From: a virus
Virus record (IMG/VR): IMGVR_UViG_3300022842_000007
Location: 28,111-92,110 of that record
Length of the DNA: 64,000 bases
Strand: one strand, 5' to 3'
The notes under the pieces: model-generated
The model's database searches: none
What the model was told of the DNA's origin: nothing
What the model saw: only the letters and a program-made list of their open reading frames with translations
Part shown: in pieces, positions 9,678-19,691 of the stretch
How the letters are laid out: each line of letters starts with the position of its first letter
How positions within the stretch are numbered: position 1 is the first letter of the stretch
Translations under genes and position numbers: made by a program

Positions 9678-11137
9678 GCAAAGGAACTGCTATACTTAAA
9701 ATTAAAGACGAGGTCAATCTCAAGATTGAAGGGCTTGACCTCGATGCTCGCAGAACATTGATGCAGAAATTCGAGTACGAAGTCCCTGGCGCACGTTATA
9801 TGCCTGCTGTAAAACTAGGCAGATGGAATGGTAAAGTAAGTTACTGTTCATTAGCAGGATCAACGTTTATTAATTTACTCCCTGAGATTATACCAATCTT
9901 AGAAGACCTTAATTATAATATTGAGTTAGCAGACCTAAGAGAATATAAGACTTCGTTCAACTTCTCTGAGATCACATCTGAATCATATGCAGAGTGTAAG
10001 TGGCCTAAGGGTCACGTACATGAAGGAGAGTCTATTAAGCTAAGAGACTATCAAGTAGAAATTATTAATCAGTTCTTGGCACACCCTCAATCGATTCAAG
10101 AAATAGCAACTGGCGCAGGTAAGACTATCATGTCAGCCGCCTTGAGTCATAGTGTAGAATCATATGGTCGTAGCATTGTCATTGTTCCCAATAAGAGCTT
10201 GGTAACACAGACAGAAGAGGATTACATTAACCTGGGATTGGAGGTTGGTGTTTATTTTGGTGACAGAAAAGAATACTTTAAACAACATACAATCTGCACA
10301 TGGCAGTCGCTGAACAATCTATTAAAGAATACTAAAAAAGGCGAAGCACTATGCACGATAGACGAATTTATAGAAGGGGTAGTCTGTGTGATAGTAGATG
10401 AAGTGCATATGGCAAAAGCAGATGCATTAAAGACATTATTAACTGGTGTTATGGCTCATGTTCCCATACGTTGGGGACTGACAGGAACCGTCCCTAAAGC
10501 ACATTACGAACGATTAGCACTACAAGTTAGTCTTGGCGAAGTTATTAACAAATTGTCTGCCAGTGAGTTGCAGGACCAGGGAGTGTTAGCAAAATGTCAT
10601 GTGAACATAATGCAACTGCAAGACAACGCGGACTTTGGTGATTATCAAGGTGAGTTAAAATATTTACTCGGCGATAAAAAACGATTAGACAAATTGGCTA
10701 GTCTTATAGATGCAATATCTCTGTCAGGAAACACTCTGATACTAGTAGATCGTATCAATGCAGGCCATGAATTAGTCGAGCGTTTAGACGATGCAGTATT
10801 TGTATCAGGAGGAATGAAAGTTGTTGACAGAAAAGAAGAATATGACGATGTGGCCACGGCTACTAATAAAATTATTGTTGCTACTTACGGCGTGGCTAGT
10901 ACTGGTATTAATATTCCTAGGATTTTTAATCTTGTACTCCTTGAACCAGGTAAGAGTTTTGTTCGTGTCATACAGTCTATCGGTCGTGGCATTCGTAAAG
11001 CAGAAGACAAAGATTTTGTTCAAATCTGGGACTTGACAAGTTCATGTAAATTTGCAAAAAGGCATTTGACACAGCGCAAGGCTTTCTACAAAGAAGCAAA
11101 CTATCCATTTGTTGTTGAGAAAATACAATACAAATGA
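9674..11137 (+). CDS. uvsW: SF2 DNA helicase UvsW
   Basis: LRDYQ, ATGAGKT, DEVH, GLTGT, STGINIP, QSIGRGIR. Confidence 0.93.
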   Translation: MSKGTAILKIKDEVNLKIEGLDLDARRTLMQKFEYEVPGARYMPAVKLGRWNGKVSYCSLAGSTFINLLPEIIPILEDLNYNIELADLREYKTSFNFSEITSESYAECKWPKGHVHEGESIKLRDYQVEIINQFLAHPQSIQEIATGAGKTIMSAALSHSVESYGRSIVIVPNKSLVTQTEEDYINLGLEVGVYFGDRKEYFKQHTICTWQSLNNLLKNTKKGEALCTIDEFIEGVVCVIVDEVHMAKADALKTLLTGVMAHVPIRWGLTGTVPKAHYERLALQVSLGEVINKLSASELQDQGVLAKCHVNIMQLQDNADFGDYQGELKYLLGDKKRLDKLASLIDAISLSGNTLILVDRINAGHELVERLDDAVFVSGGMKVVDRKEEYDDVATATNKIIVATYGVASTGINIPRIFNLVLLEPGKSFVRVIQSIGRGIRKAEDKDFVQIWDLTSSCKFAKRHLTQRKAFYKEANYPFVVEKIQYK

Positions 11138-11138
11138 T

Positions 11139-11177
11139 ACCATTAAACTTGACTATCCTACTAGGAGCAGTTACAAT
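11139..11177 (+). promoter_or_regulatory. CC-N7 class promoter (TTGACT-N17-TACAAT), leaderless
   Basis: Read directly; ATG at 11184. Confidence 0.7.
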
Positions 11178-11183
11178 AACATC

Positions 11184-11687
11184 ATGAGAATATTAACACT
11201 AGAAGAAAACCTGTACTATAATTTAGAAACACTTCCGGAAGAGATTGATGATATGCGATTTGCAATATTAGACAACTCTAATCCGTCGTATGTGGATTAC
11301 TATTACATACCATTAATCTTTATTGAATCTTTCAATGCACCAGCAGTCGTATTGCAGATAGGTAACAGACAGATTAAGATGCCAGTTGATTGGCAAGTGT
11401 TAATAGGTGATGAAGAAGGAGGAGATTTAGAAACGCTCCCACTCTCAAGTCTAAACGATAGAGGTTTCTCTGTATTTGCGTTCAATCCTTTAAGTTCATT
11501 CTCACCTAGTTTCTTACCAATCGAAATAGTTGACATCTATTCTGATGTGACATGGTATGCTCCTAGACTACGCAATGGTCAGTTCCTGTGCGTGCCTATT
11601 GATGATAGTCCTAAGCCAAGATGTGTTTATTTCATTAAGGAGATAAGTCGTAATTGTGAGATCGTAGACTATGCACAGGTATTCTGA
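11184..11687 (+). CDS. Hypothetical protein, possible degenerate Hint (intein-like) fold
   Basis: Start MRILTL at 11184; pattern VLQIGNRQIKMPVDWQVL...LPLSSL..RG...IEIVDI....TWY. Confidence 0.6.
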   Translation: MRILTLEENLYYNLETLPEEIDDMRFAILDNSNPSYVDYYYIPLIFIESFNAPAVVLQIGNRQIKMPVDWQVLIGDEEGGDLETLPLSSLNDRGFSVFAFNPLSSFSPSFLPIEIVDIYSDVTWYAPRLRNGQFLCVPIDDSPKPRCVYFIKEISRNCEIVDYAQVF

Positions 11688-11689
11688 AA

Positions 11690-12277
11690 ATGGCTAAGGC
11701 GAAGGTTCCGATTGAAGAGAAGTTTGAGAAACAAGAGTTTGACTTATTTGAGGCAATTACTGCTATCGATAACAAAGATTATGGTTATTACGATAGACTA
11801 ACTCCAGAACAGCAAAGGAAGTTTGTTCCTTATATGATGTTACATTGGATCAGTGCGGTAAACGGTTCGCGAAAAATGGCACAGTATTATTTACAGAGTG
11901 TAGACTATCATGCTAACAAGTACGTGTTTAATGAAAATGTGATCAAGCATCCTAAACTACAGTGGTTGATGTTGTGTTCAGCCAGTCCCGGTATTGGTAA
12001 ACAATATCATGCATGGATACCGCAAATTAAAGCAGGTGTATCTAAGTTGAGAGACAAAGCAATACCAAAAGATATTAAAACGTATTTTAAAAAGATATAT
12101 CCTGCACTAACAGTGGGAGATTTGGCAGAAATGTCAGAAGCATATTGCGATCAACATAAACGCAAAATGTATTTGGCAAGCAAATTCCCTGAATTAAAAT
12201 TTGATGAGGTAGAATTACTGAGTGACATCGTTACCGAAAATGACATCGAAGAATACGAAAAAGAACTCGGCAACTAA
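11690..12277 (+). CDS. gp62: Clamp loader small subunit (gp62-like)
   Basis: FVPYMMLHWIS...N...HPKLQW...KQYHAWI pattern of T4-like gp62; gp44 is at 59276. Confidence 0.6.
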   Translation: MAKAKVPIEEKFEKQEFDLFEAITAIDNKDYGYYDRLTPEQQRKFVPYMMLHWISAVNGSRKMAQYYLQSVDYHANKYVFNENVIKHPKLQWLMLCSASPGIGKQYHAWIPQIKAGVSKLRDKAIPKDIKTYFKKIYPALTVGDLAEMSEAYCDQHKRKMYLASKFPELKFDEVELLSDIVTENDIEEYEKELGN

Positions 12278-12947
12278 ATTCGGTTGTGACTTCTGCGGTC
12301 GTAAATTTCTTAGAGAGAGTACGATTGAAGTACACCTATGTGAAAGTAAACGTAGATGGAGTGACAAAGGCCTTAAAGGCAATCGTATTGGGTTCGCCGC
12401 TTGGTTAAACTTTTATGCAAAGAATACGCCAACCAAAAAGCAAAAAACATATTTGGATTTTGTTAAAAGTTCCTATTATATTGCATTCGTTAAGTTTGGT
12501 CATTATTGTGTTAACATAAGATGCATCAATATCAATCAATATGCAGATTGGTTACTGAAGAGTCAAATCAAGATAGACAAGTGGACGAGTGATACAAATT
12601 ACACTAGATTTATTGTGGAGTATCTTAGAGCAGAAGATCCATTAGATGCAATTGCTCGTAGTATAGAATCTGCGATTAACATTGCACAGGACGCAAAGAT
12701 AGAGAACCACGATACTTTTAGATATGGTCCTCCGAATAAAATCTGTTACGAAATAACATCAGGTAGAATCTCTCCTTGGATTTTGTATCAAAGTAAATCT
12801 GGAGTAGAGTTTTTAGGGAAATTAGATTCAGGTCAACAAAACATGATATTAGAATACATCGATCCAGAACTATGGGCCATTAAGTTCTTAAGAAACACTG
12901 ACATCATTAGTGAAGTAAAAGATTTACTCAATCAAGCAGGTTATTAA
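12222..12947 (+). CDS. Hypothetical protein with an N-terminal zinc finger
   Basis: FGCDFCGRKFLRESTIEVHLC (C2HC finger); start uncertain. Confidence 0.7.
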   Translation: MTSLPKMTSKNTKKNSATKFGCDFCGRKFLRESTIEVHLCESKRRWSDKGLKGNRIGFAAWLNFYAKNTPTKKQKTYLDFVKSSYYIAFVKFGHYCVNIRCININQYADWLLKSQIKIDKWTSDTNYTRFIVEYLRAEDPLDAIARSIESAINIAQDAKIENHDTFRYGPPNKICYEITSGRISPWILYQSKSGVEFLGKLDSGQQNMILEYIDPELWAIKFLRNTDIISEVKDLLNQAGY

Positions 12948-13349
12948 ATGGCCAGTATAGTATCTAAAAAACTTGATAATAGATTCACTGGCTATAAACA
13001 TTTTAAATATCGTGCTAATTTGACCTCGTCCCAGCCAGTGCCAGAGATGTTTAGTTCAACACAAGGCGGCTATGCTGATTTAATCAATATCATAGACCAC
13101 GTTAAATTGCGAGATTGGTGCTGGGATACTTGGGGACCAAGCTGTGACTTAAAAGACTATATTAGAATTGCTGAACTAAGAGTATTTCTTGCTGTCAATG
13201 AGCGCACCAGACAGTCTGAAGATTATGAACTTAATGAACATTGGTGCTTTTCTAATGAATCAATAGTAAACACCAGAATAGGAAGAGAACGTCGAATTTA
13301 TTTAGCAGGTGATGCAGAACTTGCATGGCTAGGCCTAAAATGGCAATAA
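12948..13349 (+). CDS. Hypothetical phage protein
   Basis: Trp-rich LRDWCWDTWGPS; abuts the upstream stop. Confidence 0.65.
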   Translation: MASIVSKKLDNRFTGYKHFKYRANLTSSQPVPEMFSSTQGGYADLINIIDHVKLRDWCWDTWGPSCDLKDYIRIAELRVFLAVNERTRQSEDYELNEHWCFSNESIVNTRIGRERRIYLAGDAELAWLGLKWQ

Positions 13350-14047
13350 ACGAATTACACTATGACGGTAAAGGTTATGTCATTGAATATAAGGTTGTGG
13401 CAGATGAATTACTGGATGCAATCAGTGACAAACTAGATACCTGTTATCCAGTCAGAGCATCTACACATAGAAAAAAATATGCAGAGGCAGAAGACACACA
13501 GAAACTGCAAGGCGTTGCTGTTTGGTGGTCACAACTGACTGATGAATGGGATGAAGTTCAGACAATTAACAATTTGGTTTATCCAATAATTCAACAACAT
13601 ATGCCTAAGGCAAAGTTCTATGCGAGTGACATTGTAACTATTAATGGACCTTCTCGTTGGATTGGTCCGCATGTTGACACGCCTCATAGATTCACAGAAT
13701 ACAATGACGTAGCGCCAGACGAACTCTTGGGCATACAAGTCATTATACCATTAGAGACACTAGACGAGACTACAGGGGCTACCGGCCTGATCCCTTTCAG
13801 CCATAGAGAAGATTGGGATATACAAGATTGTTACGATGGTGTACATGATGATATGTTCAAAGACGAAGCAGTACAGCACGAGTTACCAAAAGGGTCGGTG
13901 TTGTTCTATAACACTCGATTGATGCATTCTACAATGCCATTAAATTTACCCAAAAAGCGATCTATTCTCTTGCTTAACTATTTACGGGATGATATAATAC
14001 AATCTGTAACAAAAATTGACAATATATGGAGTAGTAATGGCAAATGA
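13340..14047 (+). CDS. 2OG-Fe(II) dioxygenase, PhyH family
   Basis: HVD iron ligands, GAT.LIP.SH, KGSVLFYNTRLMHST and distal R. Confidence 0.85.
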   Translation: MAINELHYDGKGYVIEYKVVADELLDAISDKLDTCYPVRASTHRKKYAEAEDTQKLQGVAVWWSQLTDEWDEVQTINNLVYPIIQQHMPKAKFYASDIVTINGPSRWIGPHVDTPHRFTEYNDVAPDELLGIQVIIPLETLDETTGATGLIPFSHREDWDIQDCYDGVHDDMFKDEAVQHELPKGSVLFYNTRLMHSTMPLNLPKKRSILLLNYLRDDIIQSVTKIDNIWSSNGK

Positions 14048-14576
14048 TATAATGATAGATATGGAAACATTAAGCACGAGAGCCGACTGTGTGATATTAA
14101 CTATTGGTGCTGTGCGATTTGATCCCAGGGGCATTGGTGTAGTAGAGCGCATTGAAATCAGACCCACAATAGAAGAACAAACTGCCGATTTTGACAGACA
14201 TATTGATGAAGAGACTCTGGATTGGTGGGGAAGACAATCAGATGATGCAATCAATGAATCAATGGGTGATACAGGTCGAGTACCATTTAAAGTCGCAATG
14301 GAACAGTTGCACAAATTTTGTTGGAATCAAGGAAAGATATGGTCCAATGGTTCTGTTTTTGATGTAATCATAGCTGAACATGCATTCAATCAATTAGATA
14401 TAACTCATCCATGGCGATTCTGGAACATCAGAGACTGTCGAACAATATATAATCTTTGTAAAGTATCTTTAAAAGATGGTTCTCATGTAACCTCTCACAA
14501 AGCAGTAGAGGATGCTGAACACCAAGCAATAGTAGTGCAACGAGCATATTTAAAATTAACGGAAGCAGGATTGTAA
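14037..14576 (+). CDS. DEDDh 3'-5' exonuclease (DexA/DnaQ-like)
   Basis: ExoI DIMIDMET, ExoII NGSVFD, ExoIII HKAVEDA; GGAG RBS; TAATG coupling to the next gene. Confidence 0.85.
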   Translation: MANDIMIDMETLSTRADCVILTIGAVRFDPRGIGVVERIEIRPTIEEQTADFDRHIDEETLDWWGRQSDDAINESMGDTGRVPFKVAMEQLHKFCWNQGKIWSNGSVFDVIIAEHAFNQLDITHPWRFWNIRDCRTIYNLCKVSLKDGSHVTSHKAVEDAEHQAIVVQRAYLKLTEAGL

Positions 14577-15160
14577 TGCATCAATCGGATATTGACATAG
14601 ATTTTGGTGATAGGACGAAGTTGTTAAAAGTAATACAACATATTCCTGCATCCATGCGTAATGTCAGTCCGATTAAAAAGCATCCTACTGGTGTATACAT
14701 TACAGAAGTTCCGTATGATCCTGTTAATGATATGTGTGCATTGGATTACAAAGAAGCCGATGCTCGTAAATATTTTAAATTAGATTTGTTGAATGTAAAT
14801 GTGTATCAACAAGTTAAAGATGAACATCATTTGATTAGTCTTATGGCAGAGCCAAATTGGGAACGCCTTAAGGAAAAAGACTTCGTAGAGCAATTAATAC
14901 ACTTAAATAAACAATATGATATTTTACAAAAAATGCCACAAGAAATAAATAGTATTCCAAGATTAGCAATGTTCCTGGCTATCATTAGGCCTGCTAAAAG
15001 AACGCTCATAGGAAGAACGTGGGAACACATTAGTAAAACAGTATGGATAGATAACAATCGTGGGTACACATTTAAGAAATCGCATGCTGTAGCATACGCA
15101 CAATTAGTTGTGGTACATATGAATTTAATCGAAGAAGGAAAAACCCGTGACGGAATATAG
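14576..15160 (+). CDS. Minimal DNA polymerase III alpha (DnaE)-like protein, catalytic (C-terminal) half of a split enzyme
   Basis: SDIDIDF, KHPTGVYI, YFKLDLL, LAIIRP and GYTFKKSHAVAYA in DnaE order within 194 aa. Confidence 0.85.
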   Translation: MHQSDIDIDFGDRTKLLKVIQHIPASMRNVSPIKKHPTGVYITEVPYDPVNDMCALDYKEADARKYFKLDLLNVNVYQQVKDEHHLISLMAEPNWERLKEKDFVEQLIHLNKQYDILQKMPQEINSIPRLAMFLAIIRPAKRTLIGRTWEHISKTVWIDNNRGYTFKKSHAVAYAQLVVVHMNLIEEGKTRDGI

Positions 15161-15410
15161 CGATACAGTAGAAAGACAGCGGTTGCGCATAAACTCAGAG
15201 AAGTGGGGGAAGGGTATTACAACACTTCATGCGCATTCATTAACATCTATGTGGTATGATACACGCAAGACAGATGGCTCGGTAATAGACACTGAATACA
15301 ATAATGGTTCTATTAAACGAGTAATACAAAACACTGGTGAAATTATTTACTTTGGAAAAGCACTCACAGGAGATGCATTAATGGATGCATACGGAAGTCA
15401 TGGGCAATAA
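15147..15410 (+). CDS. Hypothetical protein
   Basis: GTG start after AAGGA; fills the gap. Confidence 0.55.
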   Translation: MTEYSDTVERQRLRINSEKWGKGITTLHAHSLTSMWYDTRKTDGSVIDTEYNNGSIKRVIQNTGEIIYFGKALTGDALMDAYGSHGQ

Positions 15411-15957
15411 ACTAGAACTTACGCTAATTGATGAAAGTAATCCTTTATTAAAAGAACCCTGCACTGCCTGGGATTTTACATCAGACGGTTCACCAACTGA
15501 ACTGGTGTCTGCTTTGACAAGAGTTATGTTTAGCCCTAATCATGGTGGTATTGGGTTGGCCGCACCACAGTGTGGAGTGATGAAAAATATATTTGTCATG
15601 GGAAGCAATGAAAATTTGATTGCTGTTATTAATCCTGTCATTGATGAATTAATTGGCGACAAAGAGATGTACTTAGAAGGTTGTTTAAGTTATCCTGATC
15701 TTTGGTTACATGTACTAAGACATCCAGAATGCATCGTATCGTATCAAACACTCGACGGCACTGCGGTTGAAAGAAAACATCTTACGGATCTACAAGCAAG
15801 AGTATTTTTACACGAATTTGATCATTTATTAGGTATAACATTTGAAGAACGAGTACAGAGTAAACTTAGTTTAGAATTAGCTAAGAAGCGTAGAGTAAAG
15901 AAGAGGCGTCAAACAGAAAAAGCTATCAAAAGAATGAAAGCGAAAGCAACTCAGTAG
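15400..15957 (+). CDS. def: Peptide deformylase
   Basis: GGIGLAAPQ, EGCLS, HEFDH; Lys/Arg-rich C-terminal helix. Confidence 0.95.
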   Translation: MGNKLELTLIDESNPLLKEPCTAWDFTSDGSPTELVSALTRVMFSPNHGGIGLAAPQCGVMKNIFVMGSNENLIAVINPVIDELIGDKEMYLEGCLSYPDLWLHVLRHPECIVSYQTLDGTAVERKHLTDLQARVFLHEFDHLLGITFEERVQSKLSLELAKKRRVKKRRQTEKAIKRMKAKATQ

Positions 15958-16343
15958 GTTCGTTTTACTAACGTAATAGATTTTCTCTTAACACGTTTCT
16001 TTTGAAAATCAGTCATACTAACAACAGGGCCGTGTAGTAAATTTAGTGCTTTGTTGTTGAATGTTCTGATAAAAGGTTTGAAGGCTGTCCATTCATCTTT
16101 CAAGAACAGGTTGATTGGTATTTGTCTATTCGATTCCCACCACCATACATCGCCTAATTCTAAAAACAGAACTTTAAGATCAGCATCATGTATCGCTCCG
16201 TAATCATACATAGTAGTGACCAGATCATCTCGGTTCTGTATGATGCCCACGTGGTCTTGTCCAGCATACTGAAGCACCGATATGAAAGGGTGAGTTTCGG
16301 TCAGTTTCTGAAAATAATCTAGTGGGTTCTTTGCATCTGTCAT
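15951..16343 (-). CDS. Hypothetical late protein
   Basis: 130 aa with WWWESNR; late-promoter-like TTAAATA at 16354-16360 (-), divergent from 16403. Confidence 0.7.
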   Translation of the reverse strand: MTDAKNPLDYFQKLTETHPFISVLQYAGQDHVGIIQNRDDLVTTMYDYGAIHDADLKVLFLELGDVWWWESNRQIPINLFLKDEWTAFKPFIRTFNNKALNLLHGPVVSMTDFQKKRVKRKSITLVKRTY

Positions 16344-16402
16344 AGTCTAATAGTATTTAACTCTGGAAAATAATTGGTGTAATTTCTTTAGATTGGGTTA
16401 AA

Positions 16403-16410
16403 GATAAATA
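16403..16410 (+). promoter_or_regulatory. Late promoter GATAAATA
   Basis: Followed by AAGGAG and the ATG at 16437. Confidence 0.7.
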
Positions 16411-16436
16411 TAGTTAATAAAGGAGATTAGAATGCC

Positions 16437-17237
16437 ATGTCTTACACGACATCAGTTTACACATACACAGTCCGACAGATTGTTGTCGTCCTGTCAGGTA
16501 CAAGTCCGAGGAAATATATGCCAGTTTATGCAAAACCATTAACACTAAACAAGGGTGTTGACAATCAACTACAGTTTCAGTTTCTGAATCAAGAGCAGAA
16601 GCCAGTAAACCTGTCGGCATTAGCGGCCGCTAACTTGCAAATTTCTTTCAGAGCATTAAACTCAGACGGTACCTCGGTCCTTTTTAGAAAGGCATTAGAA
16701 CCCGTATATGATGTTACTGGCATCTTTGTGCTAAACACCTCTGCCGCACTGATAGAAGACATTGTTGCTCAAAAAGGATCGTATTCTTTAGAATGGCCTA
16801 GTGGAAATCTAAAGTTACCGGTATTCACTGATTCAAAAGCAGGCGCACGTGGGGATTTAAATATTGTAGATTCGGTTCTACCGTCATTCGTCCCTTCACA
16901 ACTTGTCACGATTCCAAGCTCCCAGACGCTCCCTGCCGCAAATGCCAATGCGAATACGGTAGCTGTCACGTTTTTCTCAAGTACGATTGATACGCAATCT
17001 AATCCAATCCTATCGACCTCACTTGATTACGCAAATTTTGTTGGTAATATGACAATTCAAGGTTCAACTACGTCTGATGCAGACTATTATGACATCAGTT
17101 CATATGAATATGGCAACGCCGCAAATGGTGCATCTGAGTCTGGTACAATTGGTTACACGATCAATGGGTATCATCCATTCATCCAACTTAAATTTACTGC
17201 AAATGTGGGTAACATAACAACGATTCTAGCAAGATAA
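16437..17237 (+). CDS. Virion structural protein (BppU-N/Ig-like)
   Basis: LTLNKGVDNQLQFQFLNQEQKPVNL; Thr/Ser/Asn-rich beta protein; late promoter. Confidence 0.6.
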   Translation: MSYTTSVYTYTVRQIVVVLSGTSPRKYMPVYAKPLTLNKGVDNQLQFQFLNQEQKPVNLSALAAANLQISFRALNSDGTSVLFRKALEPVYDVTGIFVLNTSAALIEDIVAQKGSYSLEWPSGNLKLPVFTDSKAGARGDLNIVDSVLPSFVPSQLVTIPSSQTLPAANANANTVAVTFFSSTIDTQSNPILSTSLDYANFVGNMTIQGSTTSDADYYDISSYEYGNAANGASESGTIGYTINGYHPFIQLKFTANVGNITTILAR

Positions 17238-17240
17238 GTT

Positions 17241-17280
17241 ACCCTCTTTACTTGTTTTCTCATTCTTTTTAGTATATAAT
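17241..17280 (+). promoter_or_regulatory. CC-N7 class promoter (TTGTTT-N17-TATAAT), leaderless, for primase-helicase
   Basis: ATG 7 nt after the -10 box; no SD. Confidence 0.6.
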
Positions 17281-17287
17281 TACAGAT

Positions 17288-18265
17288 ATGTTTGATATAC
17301 TCACGATTATTCCTGGCAAAAAGAAAAAGACACAAAGCGGTTGGAATTCATTCAATGCTCCGTGCTGTGCTCATAATGGCCACACTCCCGATAAACGCAT
17401 GCGTGGCGGTATCAAACAAGATGGAGACAATTGGCAGTTTCATTGTTTCAATTGCAACTTCAAGTGTGGCTTCCAGTTAGGTAGATCGATCAGCAAAACG
17501 TGTCGTAGATTTCTACTCTGGCAAGGCATGCCTGAAACAGACATTAACAAATGGTCTTTGCATTCTGTTCAGCACAAAGACTTGATTAATTCGATATTGT
17601 CGAAAAAGAAACAGCTGGTGGTGCCGGCGTTTAAAGAAATGCCTATGCCTGCAGGCGAGTTGATTTACGCAGGGAACAAAAAGCATAAAGTTTATATAGA
17701 CTACCTACATACCAGAGGGATGACTCAAAATGATTATCCTTTTTTAGTAACCCCTGATGAAGAAGGTAGAGAAGCAAATAAATTGATTATACCCTTTACA
17801 TATCAAAACAAAGTTGTAGGTAGCACTAGTAGATACATAGATGGTAGAAAGCCCAAGTTTATAAGCGATCAACAACCAGGTTATGTATTCGGCACAGACT
17901 TGCAAAGGGACACGTGGGGAATAGTCTTGGTGTTTGAAGGCATCTTTGATGCAATCTCAATGAATGGGTTAGCAGTGACAGGTAGCGAAATCAATGATAA
18001 TCAAGCCGTGATTATTAAAAGATTGGGTAAACGTGTTATTGTTGTTCCTGATCAAGATAAAACAGGATTAGAGATATGTGATCGTGCATTAGACCTGGGT
18101 TTTGAGGTAGCACTACCAAATTGGTATGGTGCTGACAAAATGGATGCAAATGAGGCAATAATAAAATATGGTAAATTAAATACCCTACTAAGTATACTTG
18201 ATGCCGCAACCAGTAGTAAAATAGTTGTGGAAATGATGAGGAATAAAATTGCTAAAAGAATTTAA
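17288..18265 (+). CDS. gp61: DNA primase (gp61/DnaG-like)
   Basis: Zn-binding N-terminus (APCC...HCFNC); TOPRIM FEGIFDA and VPDQDKTG. Confidence 0.9.
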   Translation: MFDILTIIPGKKKKTQSGWNSFNAPCCAHNGHTPDKRMRGGIKQDGDNWQFHCFNCNFKCGFQLGRSISKTCRRFLLWQGMPETDINKWSLHSVQHKDLINSILSKKKQLVVPAFKEMPMPAGELIYAGNKKHKVYIDYLHTRGMTQNDYPFLVTPDEEGREANKLIIPFTYQNKVVGSTSRYIDGRKPKFISDQQPGYVFGTDLQRDTWGIVLVFEGIFDAISMNGLAVTGSEINDNQAVIIKRLGKRVIVVPDQDKTGLEICDRALDLGFEVALPNWYGADKMDANEAIIKYGKLNTLLSILDAATSSKIVVEMMRNKIAKRI

Positions 18266-19691
18266 CATAGAAGTGCAAGAGTTATTCTTGCGAATGATGG
18301 TAACGAACGCAGAACTATTTATAAGAACCAGTAATATATTTAACGCGGAAAATTTTGATCGTAAATTACAGCCAGTTGCAGAATTTATGATTGAACATTC
18401 AACTGAATATAAATGTCTGCCTGATCCTACACAGATCAAAGCAACAACTGGTGAAACAATAGAAGCAGTTTCAGATTTAGATGAAGGCCACTATGAATGG
18501 TTTATGGATGAGTTTGAAGCATTCACACGTAGACAAGAATTAGAAAGAGCCATCATGAAGTCGGTTGACCTTTTAGAACAAGGTGATTACAACCCTGTTG
18601 AGAAACTTATCAAAGATGCGGTGCAAATCTCATTACTAAGAAACATGGGCATCGACTATTTTGATGATCCACGTGGTCGATTGATGCATCTTAAACAGAG
18701 TAATGGAGAGTCCTCTACGGGCTGGCCTTGTCTTGATCAGAAACTCTATGGTGGCTTTAACAAAGGCGAACTACAGATTTTCGCTGGTGGCTCCGGTTCA
18801 GGTAAATCGTTGATGATGCAAAATCTATCAGTTAACTGGTTATTACAGGGCAAGTCAGGGGCATTCATCACACTTGAGTTAAGTGAGGAATTAACAGCAA
18901 TGCGTGTTGACTCAATGATAACTGGTACAAAAACAAAAGAGGTGTTTAAAGATTTAGATAATGTCGAGATGAAAGTGAAGATGAAACAAAAAGTATCCGG
19001 CAACTTTCGAATTAAGTATCTTGCGGCACAATCAACAGCAAACGATATTCGAGCATACGTCAAAGAATTGCAAATACAAACTGGCATGAAAATAGATTTC
19101 TTGTGTGTCGATTACTTAGATTTGCTAATGCCTGTTAGTGCAAAGGTATCTCCGAGTGACTTGTTTGTTAAAGACAAATATGTCTCTGAAGAACTTCGTA
19201 ACCTTGCAAAAGAGTTTGATATAATCTTTGTAACAGCATCACAGTTAAACAGAGGGGCAGTAGAAGAACTCGAATTTGATCACAGTCACATCTCTGGAGG
19301 CATCTCTAAAATACATACTGCTGATAATGTGTTTGGTATCTTTACTAGTCGTAGTATGCGAGAACGCGGTCGATATCAAATACAGTTGATGAAAACTAGA
19401 TCGAGTTCTGGAGTAGGACAAACAGTAGAACTAGCATTTGACACAGAAACATTGCGTATTACCGACCCAGGGGCAACTAGCACAACCGCATATGGAGCAT
19501 CCTCACCTGCATTGCCAGCACCGGTACGGAACTCCGCACAAATTCTCATGGAAAAATTCAAGACAACTTCAGCAGTTGGAGCAACGGATGAGTTAGTACA
19601 TGCTCAATTAGAGCCATCGAACAAAAAACCTGTCGGTGATATTCAAAGTACTAAATTAAAATCATTGTTGAACTCTCTAAAAGACAAATAA
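18249..19691 (+). CDS. gp41: Replicative DnaB-like helicase (gp41)
   Basis: GGSGSGKS, TLEL, VDYLDL, TASQLNR, KTR. Confidence 0.93.
   Translation: MLKEFNIEVQELFLRMMVTNAELFIRTSNIFNAENFDRKLQPVAEFMIEHSTEYKCLPDPTQIKATTGETIEAVSDLDEGHYEWFMDEFEAFTRRQELERAIMKSVDLLEQGDYNPVEKLIKDAVQISLLRNMGIDYFDDPRGRLMHLKQSNGESSTGWPCLDQKLYGGFNKGELQIFAGGSGSGKSLMMQNLSVNWLLQGKSGAFITLELSEELTAMRVDSMITGTKTKEVFKDLDNVEMKVKMKQKVSGNFRIKYLAAQSTANDIRAYVKELQIQTGMKIDFLCVDYLDLLMPVSAKVSPSDLFVKDKYVSEELRNLAKEFDIIFVTASQLNRGAVEELEFDHSHISGGISKIHTADNVFGIFTSRSMRERGRYQIQLMKTRSSSGVGQTVELAFDTETLRITDPGATSTTAYGASSPALPAPVRNSAQILMEKFKTTSAVGATDELVHAQLEPSNKKPVGDIQSTKLKSLLNSLKDK

Noticed and set aside
14576-15160. DnaE pseudogene or trans-splicing split intein
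   Set aside because: Catalytic motifs are intact, deletions are clean, the complementary half exists with its own promoter, and neither half has intein termini.
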